64,000 nt of DNA from Eledone cirrhosa (Eukaryota). The notes below the pieces were generated by a model that worked only from the letters and a program-made list of their open reading frames with translations, was not told the origin of the DNA and searched no databases. Both the position numbers and the translations under genes were made by a program. The stretch lies in NCBI GenBank assembly GCA_964016885.1, contig OZ024750.1, forward strand, positions 38,130,001-38,194,000. The letters run 5' to 3'. This document shows, in pieces, positions 30,011 to 47,000 of the stretch; the first letter of the stretch is position 1; each line of letters starts with the position of its first letter.

Positions 30011-33000
30011 GTTCCATGAAGCTATGACTAACCTGTACACTGTATGTGATGTACCATGAAGCTATGGCTAACCTGTACACTGTATATAATGTACCATGAA
30101 GCTATGACTAACTTGTACACTGTATATGATGTACCATGAAGCTATGACTAACATGTACACTGTATGCGATGTACCATGAAGCTATGACTAACCTGTACAC
30201 TGTATGTGATGTACCATGAAGCTATGACTAACCTGTACACTGTATGTGATGTACCATGAAGCTATGGCTAACCTGTACACTGTATGTGATGTAACATAAG
30301 CTATAGCTAACCTGTACACTGTATGTGATGTACCATGAAGCTATGACTAACCTGTACACTGTATGTGATGTACCATGAAGCTATGACTAACCCGTACACT
30401 GTATGTGATGTAACATGAAGCTATAGCTAACCTCTACACTGTATGTGATGTACCATGAAGCCATGACTAACCTGTACACTGTATGTGATGTACCATGAAG
30501 CTATAGCTAACCTATACACTGTATGTGATGTACCATGAAGCTATGACTAATCTGTACACTGTATGTGATGTACCATGAAGCTATGGCTAACCTGTACACC
30601 GTATGTGATGTAACATGAAGCTATAGCTAACCTGTACACTGTATGTGATGTACCATGAAGCTATGACTAACCTGTACACTGTATGTGATGTACCATGAAG
30701 CTATGACTAACCTGTACACTGTATGTGATGTACCATGAAGCTATCACTAACCTGTACACTGTATGTGATGTACCATGAATTCTATGACTAACCTGTACAC
30801 TGTATGTGATGTACCATGAAGCTATGACTAACCTATACACTGTATGTGATGTACCATGAAGCTATGACTAACCTTTACACTGTATGTGATGTAACATGAA
30901 GCTATAGCTAACCTGTACACTGTATGTGATGTACCATGAAGCTATGACTAACCTGTACACTGTATGTGATGTACCATGAAGCTATAGCTAACCTATACAC
31001 TGTATGTGGTGTACCATGAAGCTATGACTAACCTGTACACTGTATGTGATGTACCATGAAGCTATGACTAACATGTAACCTGTATGTGATGTACCATGAA
31101 GCTATGACTAACCTGTACACTGTATGTGATGTACCATGAAGCTATGCTAACCTGTACACTGTATGTGATGTACCATGAAGCTATGGCTAACCTGTACAAT
31201 GTATGTGATGTACCATGAAGCTATGACTAACCTATACACTGTATGTGATGTACCATGAAGCTATGACTAACCTGTACACTGTATGTGATGTACCATGAAG
31301 CTATGGCTAAACTGTACACTGTATGTGACTTACCATGAAACTATGGCTAACCTGTACACTGTATGTGATGTACCATGAAGCTATGACTAACCTGTACACT
31401 GTATATGATGTACCATGAAGCTATGACTTACATGTACACTGTATGCGATGTACCATGAAGCTATGACTAACCTGTACACTGTATGTGATGTACCATGAAG
31501 CTATGACTAACCTGTACACTGTATGTGATGTACCATGAAGCTATGACTAACCTGTACACTGTATGTGATGTACCATGAATCTATGGCTACACCTGTACAC
31601 TGTATGTGATGTACCATGAAGCTATGACTAACCTATACACTGTATGTGATGTACCATGAAGCTATGACTAACCTGTACACCGTATGTGATGTACCATGAA
31701 GCTATAACTAACCTATAAACTGTATGTGATGTACCATGAAGCTATGACTAACCTGTACACTGTATGTGATGTACCATGAAGCTATGACTAACCTATACAC
31801 TCTATGTGATGTACCATGAAGCTATGACTAACCTGTACACTGTATGCGATGTACGATGAAGCTATAGCTAACCTATACACTCTATGTGATGTACCATGAG
31901 GCTATGACTAACCTGTACACTGTATGTGATGTACCATGAAGCTATGGCTAACCTGTACACTGTATGTGATGTACCATGAAGCTATGGCTAACCTGTACAC
32001 TGTATGTGATGTACCATGAAGCTATGACTAACCTGTACACTGTATATAATGTACCATGAAGCTATGACTAACCTTTACACTGTATGTGATGTACCATGAA
32101 GCTATGGCTAACATGTACACTGTATGTGATGTACCATGAAGCTATGACTAACCTGTACACTGTATGTGATGTACCATGAAGCTATGCCTAACCTGTACAC
32201 TGTATGTGATGTACCATGAAGCTCTGGCTAACCTGTACACTGTATGTGATGTACCATGAAGCTATGACTAACTTGTACACTGTATATGATGTACCATGAA
32301 GCTATGACTAACATGTACACTGTATGCGATGTACCATGAAGCTATGACTAACCTGTACACTGTATGTGATGTACCATGAAGCTATGACTAACCTGTACAC
32401 TGTATGTGATGTACCATGAAGCTATGGCTAACCTGTACACTGTATGTGATGTAACATGAAGCTATAGCTAACCTGTACACTGTATGTGATGTACCATGAA
32501 GCTATGACTAACCTGTACACTGTATGTGATGTACCATGAAGCTATGACTAACCCGTACACTGTATGTGATGTAACATGAAGCTATAGCTAACCTCTACAC
32601 TGTATGTGATGTACCATGAAGCTATGACTAACCTGTACACTGTATGTGATGTACCATGAAGCTATAGCTAACCTATACACTGTATGTGATGTACCATGAA
32701 GCTATGACTAATCTGTACACTGTATGTGATGTACCATGAAGCTATGGCTAACCTGTACACCGTATGTGATGTAACATGAAGCTATAGCTAACCTGTACAC
32801 TGTATGTGATGTACCATGAAGCTATGACTAACCTGTACACTGTATGTGATGTACCATGAAGCTATGACTAACCTGTACACTGTATGTGATGTACCATGAA
32901 GCTATCACTAACCTGTACACTGTATGTGATGTACCATGAAGCTATGACTAACCTGTACACTGTATGTGATGTACCATGAAGCTATGACTAACCTATACAC

Positions 33001-36000
33001 TGTATGTGATGTACCATGAAGCTATGACTAACCTTTACACTGTATGTGATGTACCATGAAGCTATGGCTAACCTGTACACTGTATGTGATGTACCATGAA
33101 GCTATGGCTAACCTGTACACTGTATGTGATGTACCATGAAGTTATAGCTAATCTGTACACTGTATGTGATGTAACATGAAGCTATAGCTAACCTGTACAC
33201 TGTATGTGATGTACCATGAAGCTATGACTAACCTGTACACTGTATGTGATGTACCATGAAGCTATAGCTAACCTATACACTGTATGTGATGTACCATGAA
33301 GCTATGACTAACCTGTACACTGTATGTGATGTACCATGAAGCTATGACTAACCTATACACTGTATGTGATGTACCATGAAGCTATGACTAACCTGTACAC
33401 TGTATGTGATGTACCATGAAGCTATGACTAACATGTAACCTGTATGTGATGTACCATGAAGCTATGACTAACCTGTACACTGTATGTGATGTACCATGAA
33501 GCTATGCTAACCTGTACACTGTATGTGATGTACCATGAAGCTATGGCTAACCTGTACAATGTATGTGATGTACCATGGAGCTATGACTAACCTATACACT
33601 GTATGTGATGTACCATGAAGCTATGACTAACCTGTACACTGTATGTGATGTACCATGAAGCTATGGCTAAACTGTACACTGTATGTGACTTACCATGAAG
33701 CTATGGCTAACCTGTACACTGTATGTGATGTACCATGAAGCTATGACTAACCTGTACATTGTATATGATGTACCATGAAGCTATGACTAACATGTACACT
33801 GTATGCGATGTACCATGAAGCTATGACTCACCTGTACACTGTATGTGATGTACCATGAAGCTATGACTAACATGTACACTGTATGTGATGTACCATGAAG
33901 CTATGACTAACCTGTACACTGTATGTGATGTACCATGAATCTATGGCTAACCTGTACACTGTATGTGATGTACCATGAAGCTATGACTAACCTATACACT
34001 GTATGTGATGTACCATGAAGCTATGACTAACCTGTACACCGTATGTGATGTACCATGAAGCTATAACTAACCTATACACTGTATGTGATGTACCATGAAG
34101 CTATGACTAACCTGTACACTGTATGTGATGTACCATGAAGCTATAGCTAACCTGTACACTGTATGTGATGTACCATGAAGCTATGACTAACCTGTACACT
34201 GTATGTGATGTACCATGAAGCTATGACTAACCTGTACACTGTATGTGATGTAGCATGAAGCTATAGCTAAACTGTACACTCTATGTGATGTACCATGAAG
34301 CTATGACTAACCTGTACACTGTATGCGATGTACCATGAAGCTATGGCTAACCTGTACACTGTATATGATGTAACATGAAGCTATAGCTAACCTGTACACT
34401 GTATGTGATGTACCATGAAGCTATGACTAACCTGTACACTGTATGTGATGTACCATGAAGCTATGACTAACCTGTACACTGTATGTGATGTACCATGAAG
34501 CTATGGCTAACCTGTACACTGTATGTGATGTACCATGAAGCTATGACTAACCTATACACTGTATGTCATGTACCATGAAGCTATGACTAAACTTTACACT
34601 GTATGTGATGTACCATGAAGCTATGGCTAACCTGTACACTGTATGTGATGTACCATGAAGCTATGGCTAACCTGTACACTGTATGTGATGTACCATGAAG
34701 TTATAGCTAATCTGTACACTGTATGTGATGTAGCATGAAGCTTTAGCTAACCTGTACACTGTATGTGATGTACCATGAAGCTATGACTAACCTGTACACT
34801 GTATGTGATGTACCATGAAGCTATAGCTAACCTATACACTGTATGTGATGTACCATGAAGCTATGACTAACCTGTACACTGTATGTGATGTACGATGAAG
34901 CTATAACTAACCTATACACTGTATGTGATGTACCATGAAGCTATGACTAACCTGTACACTGTATGTGATGTACCATGAAGCTATGACTAACATGTACACT
35001 GTATGTGATGTACCATGAAGCTATGACTAACCTGTACACTGTATGTGATGTACCATGAAGCTATGCTAAACGGTACACTGTTTGTGATGTACCATGAAGC
35101 TATGGCTAACCTGTACAATGTATGTGATGTACCATGAAGCTATGACTAACCTATACACTGTATGTGATGTACCATGAAGCTATGACTAACCTGTACACTG
35201 TATGTGATGTACCATGAAGCTATGGCTAACCTGTACACTGTATGTGATGTACCATGAAGCTATGACTAACCTGTACACTGTATGTGATGTACCATGAAGC
35301 TATGGCTAACCTGTACACTGTATGTGATGTACCATGAAGCTATGGCTAACCTGTACAATGTATGTGATGTACCATGAAGCTATGGCTAACCTGTACACTG
35401 TATGTGATGTACCATGCAGCTATGACTAACCTGTACACTGTATGTGATGTACCATGAAGCTATGACTAACCTATACACTGTATGTGATGTACCATGAAGC
35501 TATGACTAACCTTTACACTGTATGTGATGTACCATGAAGCTATGGCTAACCTGTACACTGTATGTGATATACCATGAAGCTATGGCTAACCTGTACACTG
35601 TATGTGATGTACCATGAAGTTATAGCTAATCTGTACACTGTATGTGATGTAACATGAAGCTATAGCTAACCTGTACACTGTATGTGATGTACCATGAAGC
35701 TATGACTAACCTGTACACTGTATGTGATGTACCATGAAGCTATAGCTAACCTATACACTGTATGTGGTGTACCATGAAGCGATGACTAACCTGTACACTG
35801 TATGTGATGTACCATGAAGCTATGCTAACCTGTACACTGTATGTGATGTACCATGAAGCTATGGCTAACCTGTACAATGTATGTGATGTACCATGAAGCT
35901 ATGACTAACCTATACACTGTATGTGATGTACCATGAAGCTATGACTAACCTGTACACTGTATGTGATGTACCATGAAGCTATGGCTAAACTGTACACTGT

Positions 36001-39000
36001 ATGTGACTTACCATGAAGCTATGGCTAACCTGTACACTGTATGTGATGTACCATGAAGCTATGACTAACCTGTACACTGTATATGATGTACCATGAAGCT
36101 ATGACTAACATGTACACTGTATGCGATGTACCATGAAGCTATGACTAACCTGTACACTGTATGTGATGTACCATGAAGCTATGGCTAAACTGTACACTGT
36201 ATGTGACTTACCATGAAGCTATGGCTAACCTGTACACTGTATGTGATGTACCATGAAGCTATGACTAACCTGTACACTGTATATGATGTACCATGATGCT
36301 ATGACTAACCTGTACACTGTATGTGATGTACCATGAAGCTATGACTAACCTGTACACTGTATGTGATGTACCATGAAGCTATGACTAACCTGTACACTGT
36401 ATGTGATGTACCATGAATCTATGGCTAACCTGTACACTGTATGTGATGTACCATGAAGCTATGACTAACCTATACACTGTATGTGATGTACCATGAAGCT
36501 ATGACTAACCTGTACACTGTATGTGATGTACCATGAAGCTATAACTAACCTATAAACTGTATGTGATGTACCATGAAGCTATGGCTAACCTGTACACTGT
36601 ATGTGATGTACCATGAAGCTATGACTAACCTGTACACTGTATGTGATGTACCATGAAGCTTTAGCTAACCTATACACTGTATGTGATGTACCATGAAGCT
36701 ATGGTTAACATGTACACTGTATGTGATGTAACATGAAGCTATGACTAACTTGTACACTGTATGCGATGTACCATGAAGCTATGGCTAACCTGTACACTGT
36801 GTGTGATGTACCATGAAGCTATGGCTAACCTGTACACTGTATGTGATGTACCATGAAGCTATGGCTAACCTGTACACTGTATGTGATGTACCATGAAGCT
36901 ATGTCTAACCTGTACACTGTATGTGATGTACCATGAAGCTATGGCTAACATGTACACTGTATGTGATGTACCATGAAGCTATGGCTAACCTGTACACTGT
37001 ATGTGATGTACCATGAAGCTATGACTAACCTGTACATTGTATGTGATGTACGATGAAGCTATAGCTAACCTGTACACTGTATGTGATGTACCATGAAGCT
37101 ATGGCTAACCTGTACACTGTATGTGATGTACCATGAAGCTATGACTAACCTGTACACTGTATATAATGTACCATGAAGCTATGACTAACCTTTACACTGT
37201 ATGTGATGTACCATGAAGCTATGGCTAACATGTACATGTATGTGATGTACCATGAAGCTATGACTAACATGTACACTGTATGTGATGTACCATGAAGCTA
37301 TGGCTAACCTGTACACTGTATGTGATGTACCATGAAGCTATGACTAACCTGTACACTGTATGTGATGTTCCATGAAGCTATGACTAACCTGTACACTGTA
37401 TGTGATGTACCATGAAGCTATGGCTAACCTGTACACTGTATATAATGTACCATGAAGCTATGACTAACTTGTACACTGTATATGATGTACCATGAAGCTA
37501 TGACTAACATGTACACTGTATGCGATGTACCATGAAGCTATGACTAACCTGTACACTGTATGTGATGTACCATGAAGCTATGACTAACCTGTACACTGTA
37601 TGTGATGTACCATGAAGCTATGGCTAACCTGTACACTGTATGTGATGTAACATAAGCTATAGCTAACCTGTACACTGTATGTGATGTACCATGAAGCTAT
37701 GACTAACCTGTACACTGTATGTGATGTACCATGAAGCTATGACTAACCCGTACACTGTATGTGATGTAACATGAAGCTATAGCTAACCTCTACACTGTAT
37801 GTGATGTACCATGAAGCCATGACTAACCTGTACACTGTATGTGATGTACCATGAAGCTATAGCTAACCTATACACTGTATGTGATGTACCATGAAGCTAT
37901 GACTAATCTGTACACTGTATGTGATGTACCATGAAGCTATGGCTAACCTGTACACCGTATGTGATGTAACATGAAGCTATAGCTAACCTGTACACTGTAT
38001 GTGATGTACCATGAAGCTATGACTAACCTGTACACTGTATGTGATGTACCATGAAGCTATGACTAACCTGTACACTGTATGTGATGTACCATGAAGCTAT
38101 CACTAACCTGTACACTGTATGTAATGTACCATGAATTCTATGACTAACCTGTACACTGTATGTGATGTACCATGAAGCTATGACTAACCTATACACTGTA
38201 TGTGATGTACCATGAAGCTATGACTAACCTTTACACTGTATGTGATGTAACATGAAGCTATAGCTAACCTGTACACTGTATGTGATGTACCATGAAGCTA
38301 TGACTAACCTGTACACTGTATGTGATGTACCATGAAGCTATAGCTAACCTATACACTGTATGTGGTGTACCATGAAGCTATGACTAACCTGTACACTGTA
38401 TGTGATGTACCATGAAGCTATGACTAACATGTAACCTGTATGTGATGTACCATGAAGCTATGACTAACCTGTACACTGTATGTGATGTACCATGAAGCTA
38501 TGCTAACCTGTACACTGTATGTGATGTACCATGAAGCTATGGCTAACCTGTACAATGTATGTGATGTACCATGAAGCTATGACTAACCTATACACTGTAT
38601 GTGATGTACCATGAAGCTATGACTAACCTGTACACTGTATGTGATGTACCATGAAGCTATGGCTAAACTGTACACTGTATGTGACTTACCATGAAACTAT
38701 GGCTAACCTGTACACTGTATGTGATGTACCATGAAGCTATGACTAACCTGTACACTGTATATGATGTACCATGAAGCTATGACTTACATGTACACTGTAT
38801 GCGATGTACCATGAAGCTATGACTAACCTGTACACTGTATGTGATGTACCATGAAGCTATGACTAACCTGTACACTGTATGTGATGTACCATGAAGCTAT
38901 GACTAACCTGTACACTGTATGTGATGTACCATGAATCTATGGCTACACCTGTACACTGTATGTGATGTACCATGAAGCTATGACTAACCTATACACTGTA

Positions 39001-42000
39001 TGTGATGTACCATGAAGCTATGACTAACCTGTACACCGTATGTGATGTACCATGAAGCTATAACTAACCTATAAACTGTATGTGATGTACCATGAAGCTA
39101 TGACTAACCTGTACACTGTATGTGATGTACCATGAAGCTATGACTAACCTATACACTCTATGTGATGTACCATGAAGCTATGACTAACCTGTACACTGTA
39201 TGCGATGTACGATGAAGCTATAGCTAACCTATACACTCTATGTGATGTACCATGAGGCTATGACTAACCTGTACACTGTATGTGATGTACCATGAAGCTA
39301 TGGCTAACCTGTACACTGTATGTGATGTACCATGAAGCTATGGCTAACCTGTACACTGTATGTGATGTACCATGAAGCTATGACTAACCTGTACACTGTA
39401 TATAATGTACCATGAAGCTATGACTAACCTTTACACTGTATGTGATGTACCATGAAGCTATGGCTAACATGTACACTGTATGTGATGTACCATGAAGCTA
39501 TGACTAACCTGTACACTGTATGTGATGTACCATGAAGCTATGCCTAACCTGTACACTGTATGTGATGTACCATGAAGCTCTGGCTAACCTGTACACTGTA
39601 TGTGATGTACCATGAAGCTATGACTAACTTGTACACTGTATATGATGTACCATGAAGCTATGACTAACATGTACACTGTATGCGATGTACCATGAAGCTA
39701 TGACTAACCTGTACACTGTATGTGATGTACCATGAAGCTATGACTAACCTGTACACTGTATGTGATGTACCATGAAGCTATGGCTAACCTGTACACTGTA
39801 TGTGATGTAACATGAAGCTATAGCTAACCTGTACACTGTATGTGATGTACCATGAAGCTATGACTAACCTGTACACTGTATGTGATGTACCATGAAGCTA
39901 TGACTAACCCGTACACTGTATGTGATGTAACATGAAGCTATAGCTAACCTCTACACTGTATGTGATGTACCATGAAGCTATGACTAACCTGTACACTGTA
40001 TGTGATGTACCATGAAGCTATAGCTAACCTATACACTGTATGTGATGTACCATGAAGCTATGACTAATCTGTACACTGTATGTGATGTACCATGAAGCTA
40101 TGGCTAACCTGTACACCGTATGTGATGTAACATGAAGCTATAGCTAACCTGTACACTGTATGTGATGTACCATGAAGCTATGACTAACCTGTACACTGTA
40201 TGTGATGTACCATGAAGCTATGACTAACCTGTACACTGTATGTGATGTACCATGAAGCTATCACTAACCTGTACACTGTATGTGATGTACCATGAAGCTA
40301 TGACTAACCTGTACACTGTATGTGATGTACCATGAAGCTATGACTAACCTATACACTGTATGTGATGTACCATGAAGCTATGACTAACCTTTACACTGTA
40401 TGTGATGTACCATGAAGCTATGGCTAACCTGTACACTGTATGTGATGTACCATGAAGCTATGGCTAACCTGTACACTGTATGTGATGTACCATGAAGTTA
40501 TAGCTAATCTGTACACTGTATGTGATGTAACATGAAGCTATAGCTAACCTGTACACTGTATGTGATGTACCATGAAGCTATGACTAACCTGTACACTGTA
40601 TGTGATGTACCATGAAGCTATAGCTAACCTATACACTGTATGTGATGTACCATGAAGCTATGACTAACCTGTACACTGTATGTGATGTACCATGAAGCTA
40701 TGACTAACCTATACACTGTATGTGATGTACCATGAAGCTATGACTAACCTGTACACTGTATGTGATGTACCATGAAGCTATGACTAACATGTAACCTGTA
40801 TGTGATGTACCATGAAGCTATGACTAACCTGTACACTGTATGTGATGTACCATGAAGCTATGCTAACCTGTACACTGTATGTGATGTACCATGAAGCTAT
40901 GGCTAACCTGTACAATGTATGTGATGTACCATGGAGCTATGACTAACCTATACACTGTATGTGATGTACCATGAAGCTATGACTAACCTGTACACTGTAT
41001 GTGATGTACCATGAAGCTATGGCTAAACTGTACACTGTATGTGACTTACCATGAAGCTATGGCTAACCTGTACACTGTATGTGATGTACCATGAAGCTAT
41101 GACTAACCTGTACATTGTATATGATGTACCATGAAGCTATGACTAACATGTACACTGTATGCGATGTACCATGAAGCTATGACTCACCTGTACACTGTAT
41201 GTGATGTACCATGAAGCTATGACTAACATGTACACTGTATGTGATGTACCATGAAGCTATGACTAACCTGTACACTGTATGTGATGTACCATGAATCTAT
41301 GGCTAACCTGTACACTGTATGTGATGTACCATGAAGCTATGACTAACCTATACACTGTATGTGATGTACCATGAAGCTATGACTAACCTGTACACCGTAT
41401 GTGATGTACCATGAAGCTATAACTAACCTATACACTGTATGTGATGTACCATGAAGCTATGACTAACCTGTACACTGTATGTGATGTACCATGAAGCTAT
41501 AGCTAACCTGTACACTGTATGTGATGTACCATGAAGCTATGACTAACCTGTACACTGTATGTGATGTACCATGAAGCTATGACTAACCTGTACACTGTAT
41601 GTGATGTAGCATGAAGCTATAGCTAAACTGTACACTCTATGTGATGTACCATGAAGCTATGACTAACCTGTACACTGTATGCGATGTACCATGAAGCTAT
41701 GGCTAACCTGTACACTGTATATGATGTAACATGAAGCTATAGCTAACCTGTACACTGTATGTGATGTACCATGAAGCTATGACTAACCTGTACACTGTAT
41801 GTGATGTACCATGAAGCTATGACTAACCTGTACACTGTATGTGATGTACCATGAAGCTATGGCTAACCTGTACACTGTATGTGATGTACCATGAAGCTAT
41901 GACTAACCTATACACTGTATGTCATGTACCATGAAGCTATGACTAAACTTTACACTGTATGTGATGTACCATGAAGCTATGGCTAACCTGTACACTGTAT

Positions 42001-43770
42001 GTGATGTACCATGAAGCTATGGCTAACCTGTACACTGTATGTGATGTACCATGAAGTTATAGCTAATCTGTACACTGTATGTGATGTAGCATGAAGCTTT
42101 AGCTAACCTTTACACTGTATGTGATGTACCATGAAGCTATGACTAACCTGTACACTGTATGTGATGTACCATGAAGCTATAGCTAACCTATACACTGTAT
42201 GTGATGTACCATGAAGCTATGACTAACCTGTACACTGTATGTGATGTACGATGAAGCTATAACTAACCTATACACTGTATGTGATGTACCATGAAGCTAT
42301 GACTAACCTGTACACTGTATGTGATGTACCATGAAGCTATGACTAACATGTACACTGTATGTGATGTACCATGAAGCTATGACTAACCTGTACACTGTAT
42401 GTGATGTACCATGAAGCTATGCTAAACGGTACACTGTTTGTGATGTACCATGAAGCTATGGCTAACCTGTACAATGTATGTGATGTACCATGAAGCTATG
42501 ACTAACCTATACACTGTATGTGATGTACCATGAAGCTATGACTAACCTGTACACTGTATGTGATGTACCATGAAGCTATGGCTAACCTGTACACTGTATG
42601 TGATGTACCATGAAGCTATGACTAACCTGTACACTGTATGTGATGTACCATGAAGCTATGGCTAACCTGTACACTGTATGTGATGTACCATGAAGCTATG
42701 GCTAACCTGTACAATGTATGTGATGTACCATGAAGCTATGGCTAACCTGTACACTGTATGTGATGTACCATGCAGCTATGACTAACCTGTACACTGTATG
42801 TGATGTACCATGAAGCTATGACTAACCTATACACTGTATGTGATGTACCATGAAGCTATGACTAACCTTTACACTGTATGTGATGTACCATGAAGCTATG
42901 GCTAACCTGTACACTGTATGTGATATACCATGAAGCTATGGCTAACCTGTACACTGTATGTGATGTACCATGAAGTTATAGCTAATCTGTACACTGTATG
43001 TGATGTAACATGAAGCTATAGCTAACCTGTACACTGTATGTGATGTACCATGAAGCTATGACTAACCTGTACACTGTATGTGATGTACCATGAAGCTATA
43101 GCTAACCTATACACTGTATGTGGTGTACCATGAAGCGATGACTAACCTGTACACTGTATGTGATGTACCATGAAGCTATGCTAACCTGTACACTGTATGT
43201 GATGTACCATGAAGCTATGGCTAACCTGTACAATGTATGTGATGTACCATGAAGCTATGACTAACCTATACACTGTATGTGATGTACCATGAAGCTATGA
43301 CTAACCTGTACACTGTATGTGATGTACCATGAAGCTATGGCTAAACTGTACACTGTATGTGACTTACCATGAAGCTATGGCTAACCTGTACACTGTATGT
43401 GATGTACCATGAAGCTATGACTAACCTGTACACTGTATATGATGTACCATGAAGCTATGACTAACATGTACACTGTATGCGATGTACCATGAAGCTATGA
43501 CTAACCTGTACACTGTATGTGATGTACCATGAAGCTATGACTAACCTGTACACTGTATGTGATGTACCATGAAGCTATGACTAACCTGTACACTGTATGT
43601 GATGTACCATGAATCTATGGCTAACCTGTACACTGTATGTGATGTACCATGAAGCTATGACTAACCTATACACTGTATGTGATGTACCATGAAGCTATGA
43701 CTAACCTGTACACTGTATGTGATGTACCATGAAGCTATAACTAACCTATAAACTGTATGTGATGTACCAT
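29200..43770. repeat. Tandem block duplication, period 7,356 bp (184 monomers), 2 copies
   Basis: Variants recur at +7356: AGCTTTAGCT 29301/36657, CCATGACT (GAAGCCATG allele) 30461/37817, GAATTC 30777/38133, ATGAAACTAT 31335/38691, GATGACT (GAAGCGATG allele) 35781/43137. The offset falls to 7196 at the end (GAATCT 36415/43611). Confidence 0.93.
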
Positions 43771-44049
43771 GAAGCTATGACTAACCTGTACACTGTATGT
43801 GATGTACCATGAAGCTATGACTAACCTATACACTGTATGTGATGTACCATGCAGCTATGACTAACCTGTACACTGTATGTGATGTACCATGAAGCTAAAG
43901 CTAACCTGTACACTGTATGTGATGTACCATGAAGCTATGACTAACCTGTACACTGTATGTGATGTACCATGAAGCTATGACTAACCTGTACACTGTATGT
44001 GATGTAGCATGAAGCTATAGCTAACCTGTACACTGTATGTGATGTACCA

Positions 44050-47000
44050 TGAAGCTATGACTAACCTGTACACTGTATGCGATGTACCATAAAGCTATAG
44101 CTAACCTATACACTCTATGTGATGTACCATGAGGCTATGAATAACCTGTACACTGTATGTGATGTGCCATGAAGCTATGGCTAACCTGTACACTGTATGT
44201 GATGTAACATGAAGCTATAGCTAACCTGTACACTGTATGTGATGTACCATGAAGCTATGTCTAACCTGTACACTGTATGTGATGTACCATGAAGCTATGA
44301 CTAACCTGTACACTGTATGTGATTTACCATGAAGCTATGACTAACATGTACACTGTATGCGATGTACCATGAAGCTATGACTAACCTGTACACTGTATGT
44401 GATGTACCATGAAGCTATGACTAACCTGTACACTGTATGTGATGTACCATGAAGCTATGGCTAACCTGTACACTGTATGTGATGTACCATGAAGCTATAG
44501 GTAAGCTGTACACTGTATGTGATGTACCATGAAGCTATGACTAACCTGTACACTGTATGTGATGTACCATGAAGCTATGGCTAACCTGTACACTGTATGT
44601 GATGTACCATGAAGCTATGACTAACCTATACACTGTATGTGATGTACCATGAAGCTATGACTAAACTTTACACTGTATGTGATGTACCATGAAGCTATGG
44701 CTAACCTGTACACTGTATGTGATGTACCATGAAGCTATGGCTAACCTGTACACTGTATGTGATGTACCATGAAGTTATAGCTAATCTGTACACTGTATGT
44801 GATGTAACATGAAGCTATAGCTAACCTGTACACTGTATGTGATGTACCATGAAGCTATGACTAACCTGTACACTGTATGTGATGTACCATGAAGCTATAG
44901 CTAACCTATACACTGTATGTGATGTACCATGAAGCTAAGACTAACCTGTACACTGTATGTGATGTACCATGAAGCTACAACTAACCTATACACTGTATGT
45001 GATGTACCATGAAGCTATGACTAACCTGTACACTGTATGTGATGTACCATGAAGCTATGACTAACCTGTACACTGTATGTGATGTACCATGAAGCTATGA
45101 CTAACCTGTACACTGTATGTGATGTACCATGAAGCTATAGCTAACCTATACACTGTATGTGATGTACCATGAAGCTATGACTAACCTTTACACTGTATGT
45201 GATGTACCATGAAGCTATGGCTAACCTGTACACTGTATGTGATGTACCATGAAGCTATGGCTAACCTGTACACTGTATGTGATGTACCATGAAGTTATAG
45301 CTAATCTGTACACTGTATGTGATGTAACATGAAGCTATAGCTAACCTGTACACTGTATGTGATGTACCATGAAGCTATGACTAACCTGTACACTGTATGT
45401 GATGTACCATGAAGCTATGACTAACCTGTACACTGTATGTGATGTACCATGAAGCTATAGCTAACCTATACACTGTATGTGATGTACCATGAAGCTATGA
45501 CTAACCTGTACACTGTATGTGATGTACCATGAAGCTATGACTAACCTATACACTGTATGTGATGTACCATGAAGCTATGACTAACCTGTACACTGTATGT
45601 GATGTACCATGAAGCTATGACTAACATGTAACCTGTATGTGATGTACCATGAAGCTATGACTAACCTGTACACTGTATGTGATGTACCATGAAGCTATGG
45701 CTAACCTGTACACTGTATGTGATGTAACATAAGCTATAGCTAACCTGTACACTGTATGTGATGTACCATGAAGCTATGACTAACCTATACACTGTATGTG
45801 ATGTACCATGAAGCTATGACTAACCTTTACACTGTATGTGATGTACCATGAATTCTATGACTAACCTGTACACTGTATGTGATGTACCATGAAGCTTTAA
45901 CTAACCTATACACTGTATGCGATGTACCATGAAGCTATGACTAACCTTTACACTGTATGTGATGTACCATGAAGCTATGGCTAACCTGTACACTGTATGT
46001 GATGTACCATGAAGCTATGGCTAACCTGTACACTGTATGTGATGTACCATGAAGTTATAGCTAATCTGTACACTGTATGTGATGTAACATGAAGCTATAG
46101 CTAACCTGTACACTGTATGTGATGTACCATGAAGCTATGACTAACCTGTACACTGTATGTGATGTACCATGAAGCTATGACTAACCTGTACACTGTATGT
46201 GATGTACCATGAAGCTATAGCTAACCTATACACTGTATGTGATGTACCATGAAGCTATGACTAACCTGTACACTGTATGTGATGTACCATGAAGCTATGA
46301 CTAACCTATGCACTGTATGTGATGTACCATGAAGCTATGACTAACCTGTACACTGTATGTGATGTACCATGAAGCTATGACTAACATGTAACCTGTATGT
46401 GATGTACCATGAAGCTATGACTAACCTGTACACTGTATGTGATGTACCATGAAGCTATGCTAACCTGTACACTGTATGTGATGTACCATGAAGCTATGGC
46501 TAACATGTACAATGTATGTGATGTACCATGAAGCTATGACTAACCTGTACACTGTATGTGATGTACCATGAAGCTATGGCTAACCTGTACACTGTATGTG
46601 ATGTACCATGAAGCTATGACTTACCTGTACACTGTATGTGATGTACCATGAAGCTATGGCTAAGCTGTACACTGTATGTGATGTACCATGAAGCTATGGC
46701 TAACAGGTACACTGTATGTGATGTACCATGAAGCTATGGCTAACCTGTACACTGTATGTGATGTACCATGAAGCTATGGCTAAGCTGTACACTGTATGTG
46801 ATGTACCATGAAGCTATGACTAACCTGTACACTGTATGTGATGTACCATGAAGCTATAGCTAACCTGTACCCTGTATGTGATGTACCATGAAGCTATGGC
46901 TAACCTGTACACTGTATGTGATGTACCATGAAGCTATGACTAACCTGTACACTGTATGTGATGTACCATGAAGCTATAGCTAACCTATACACTGTATGTG

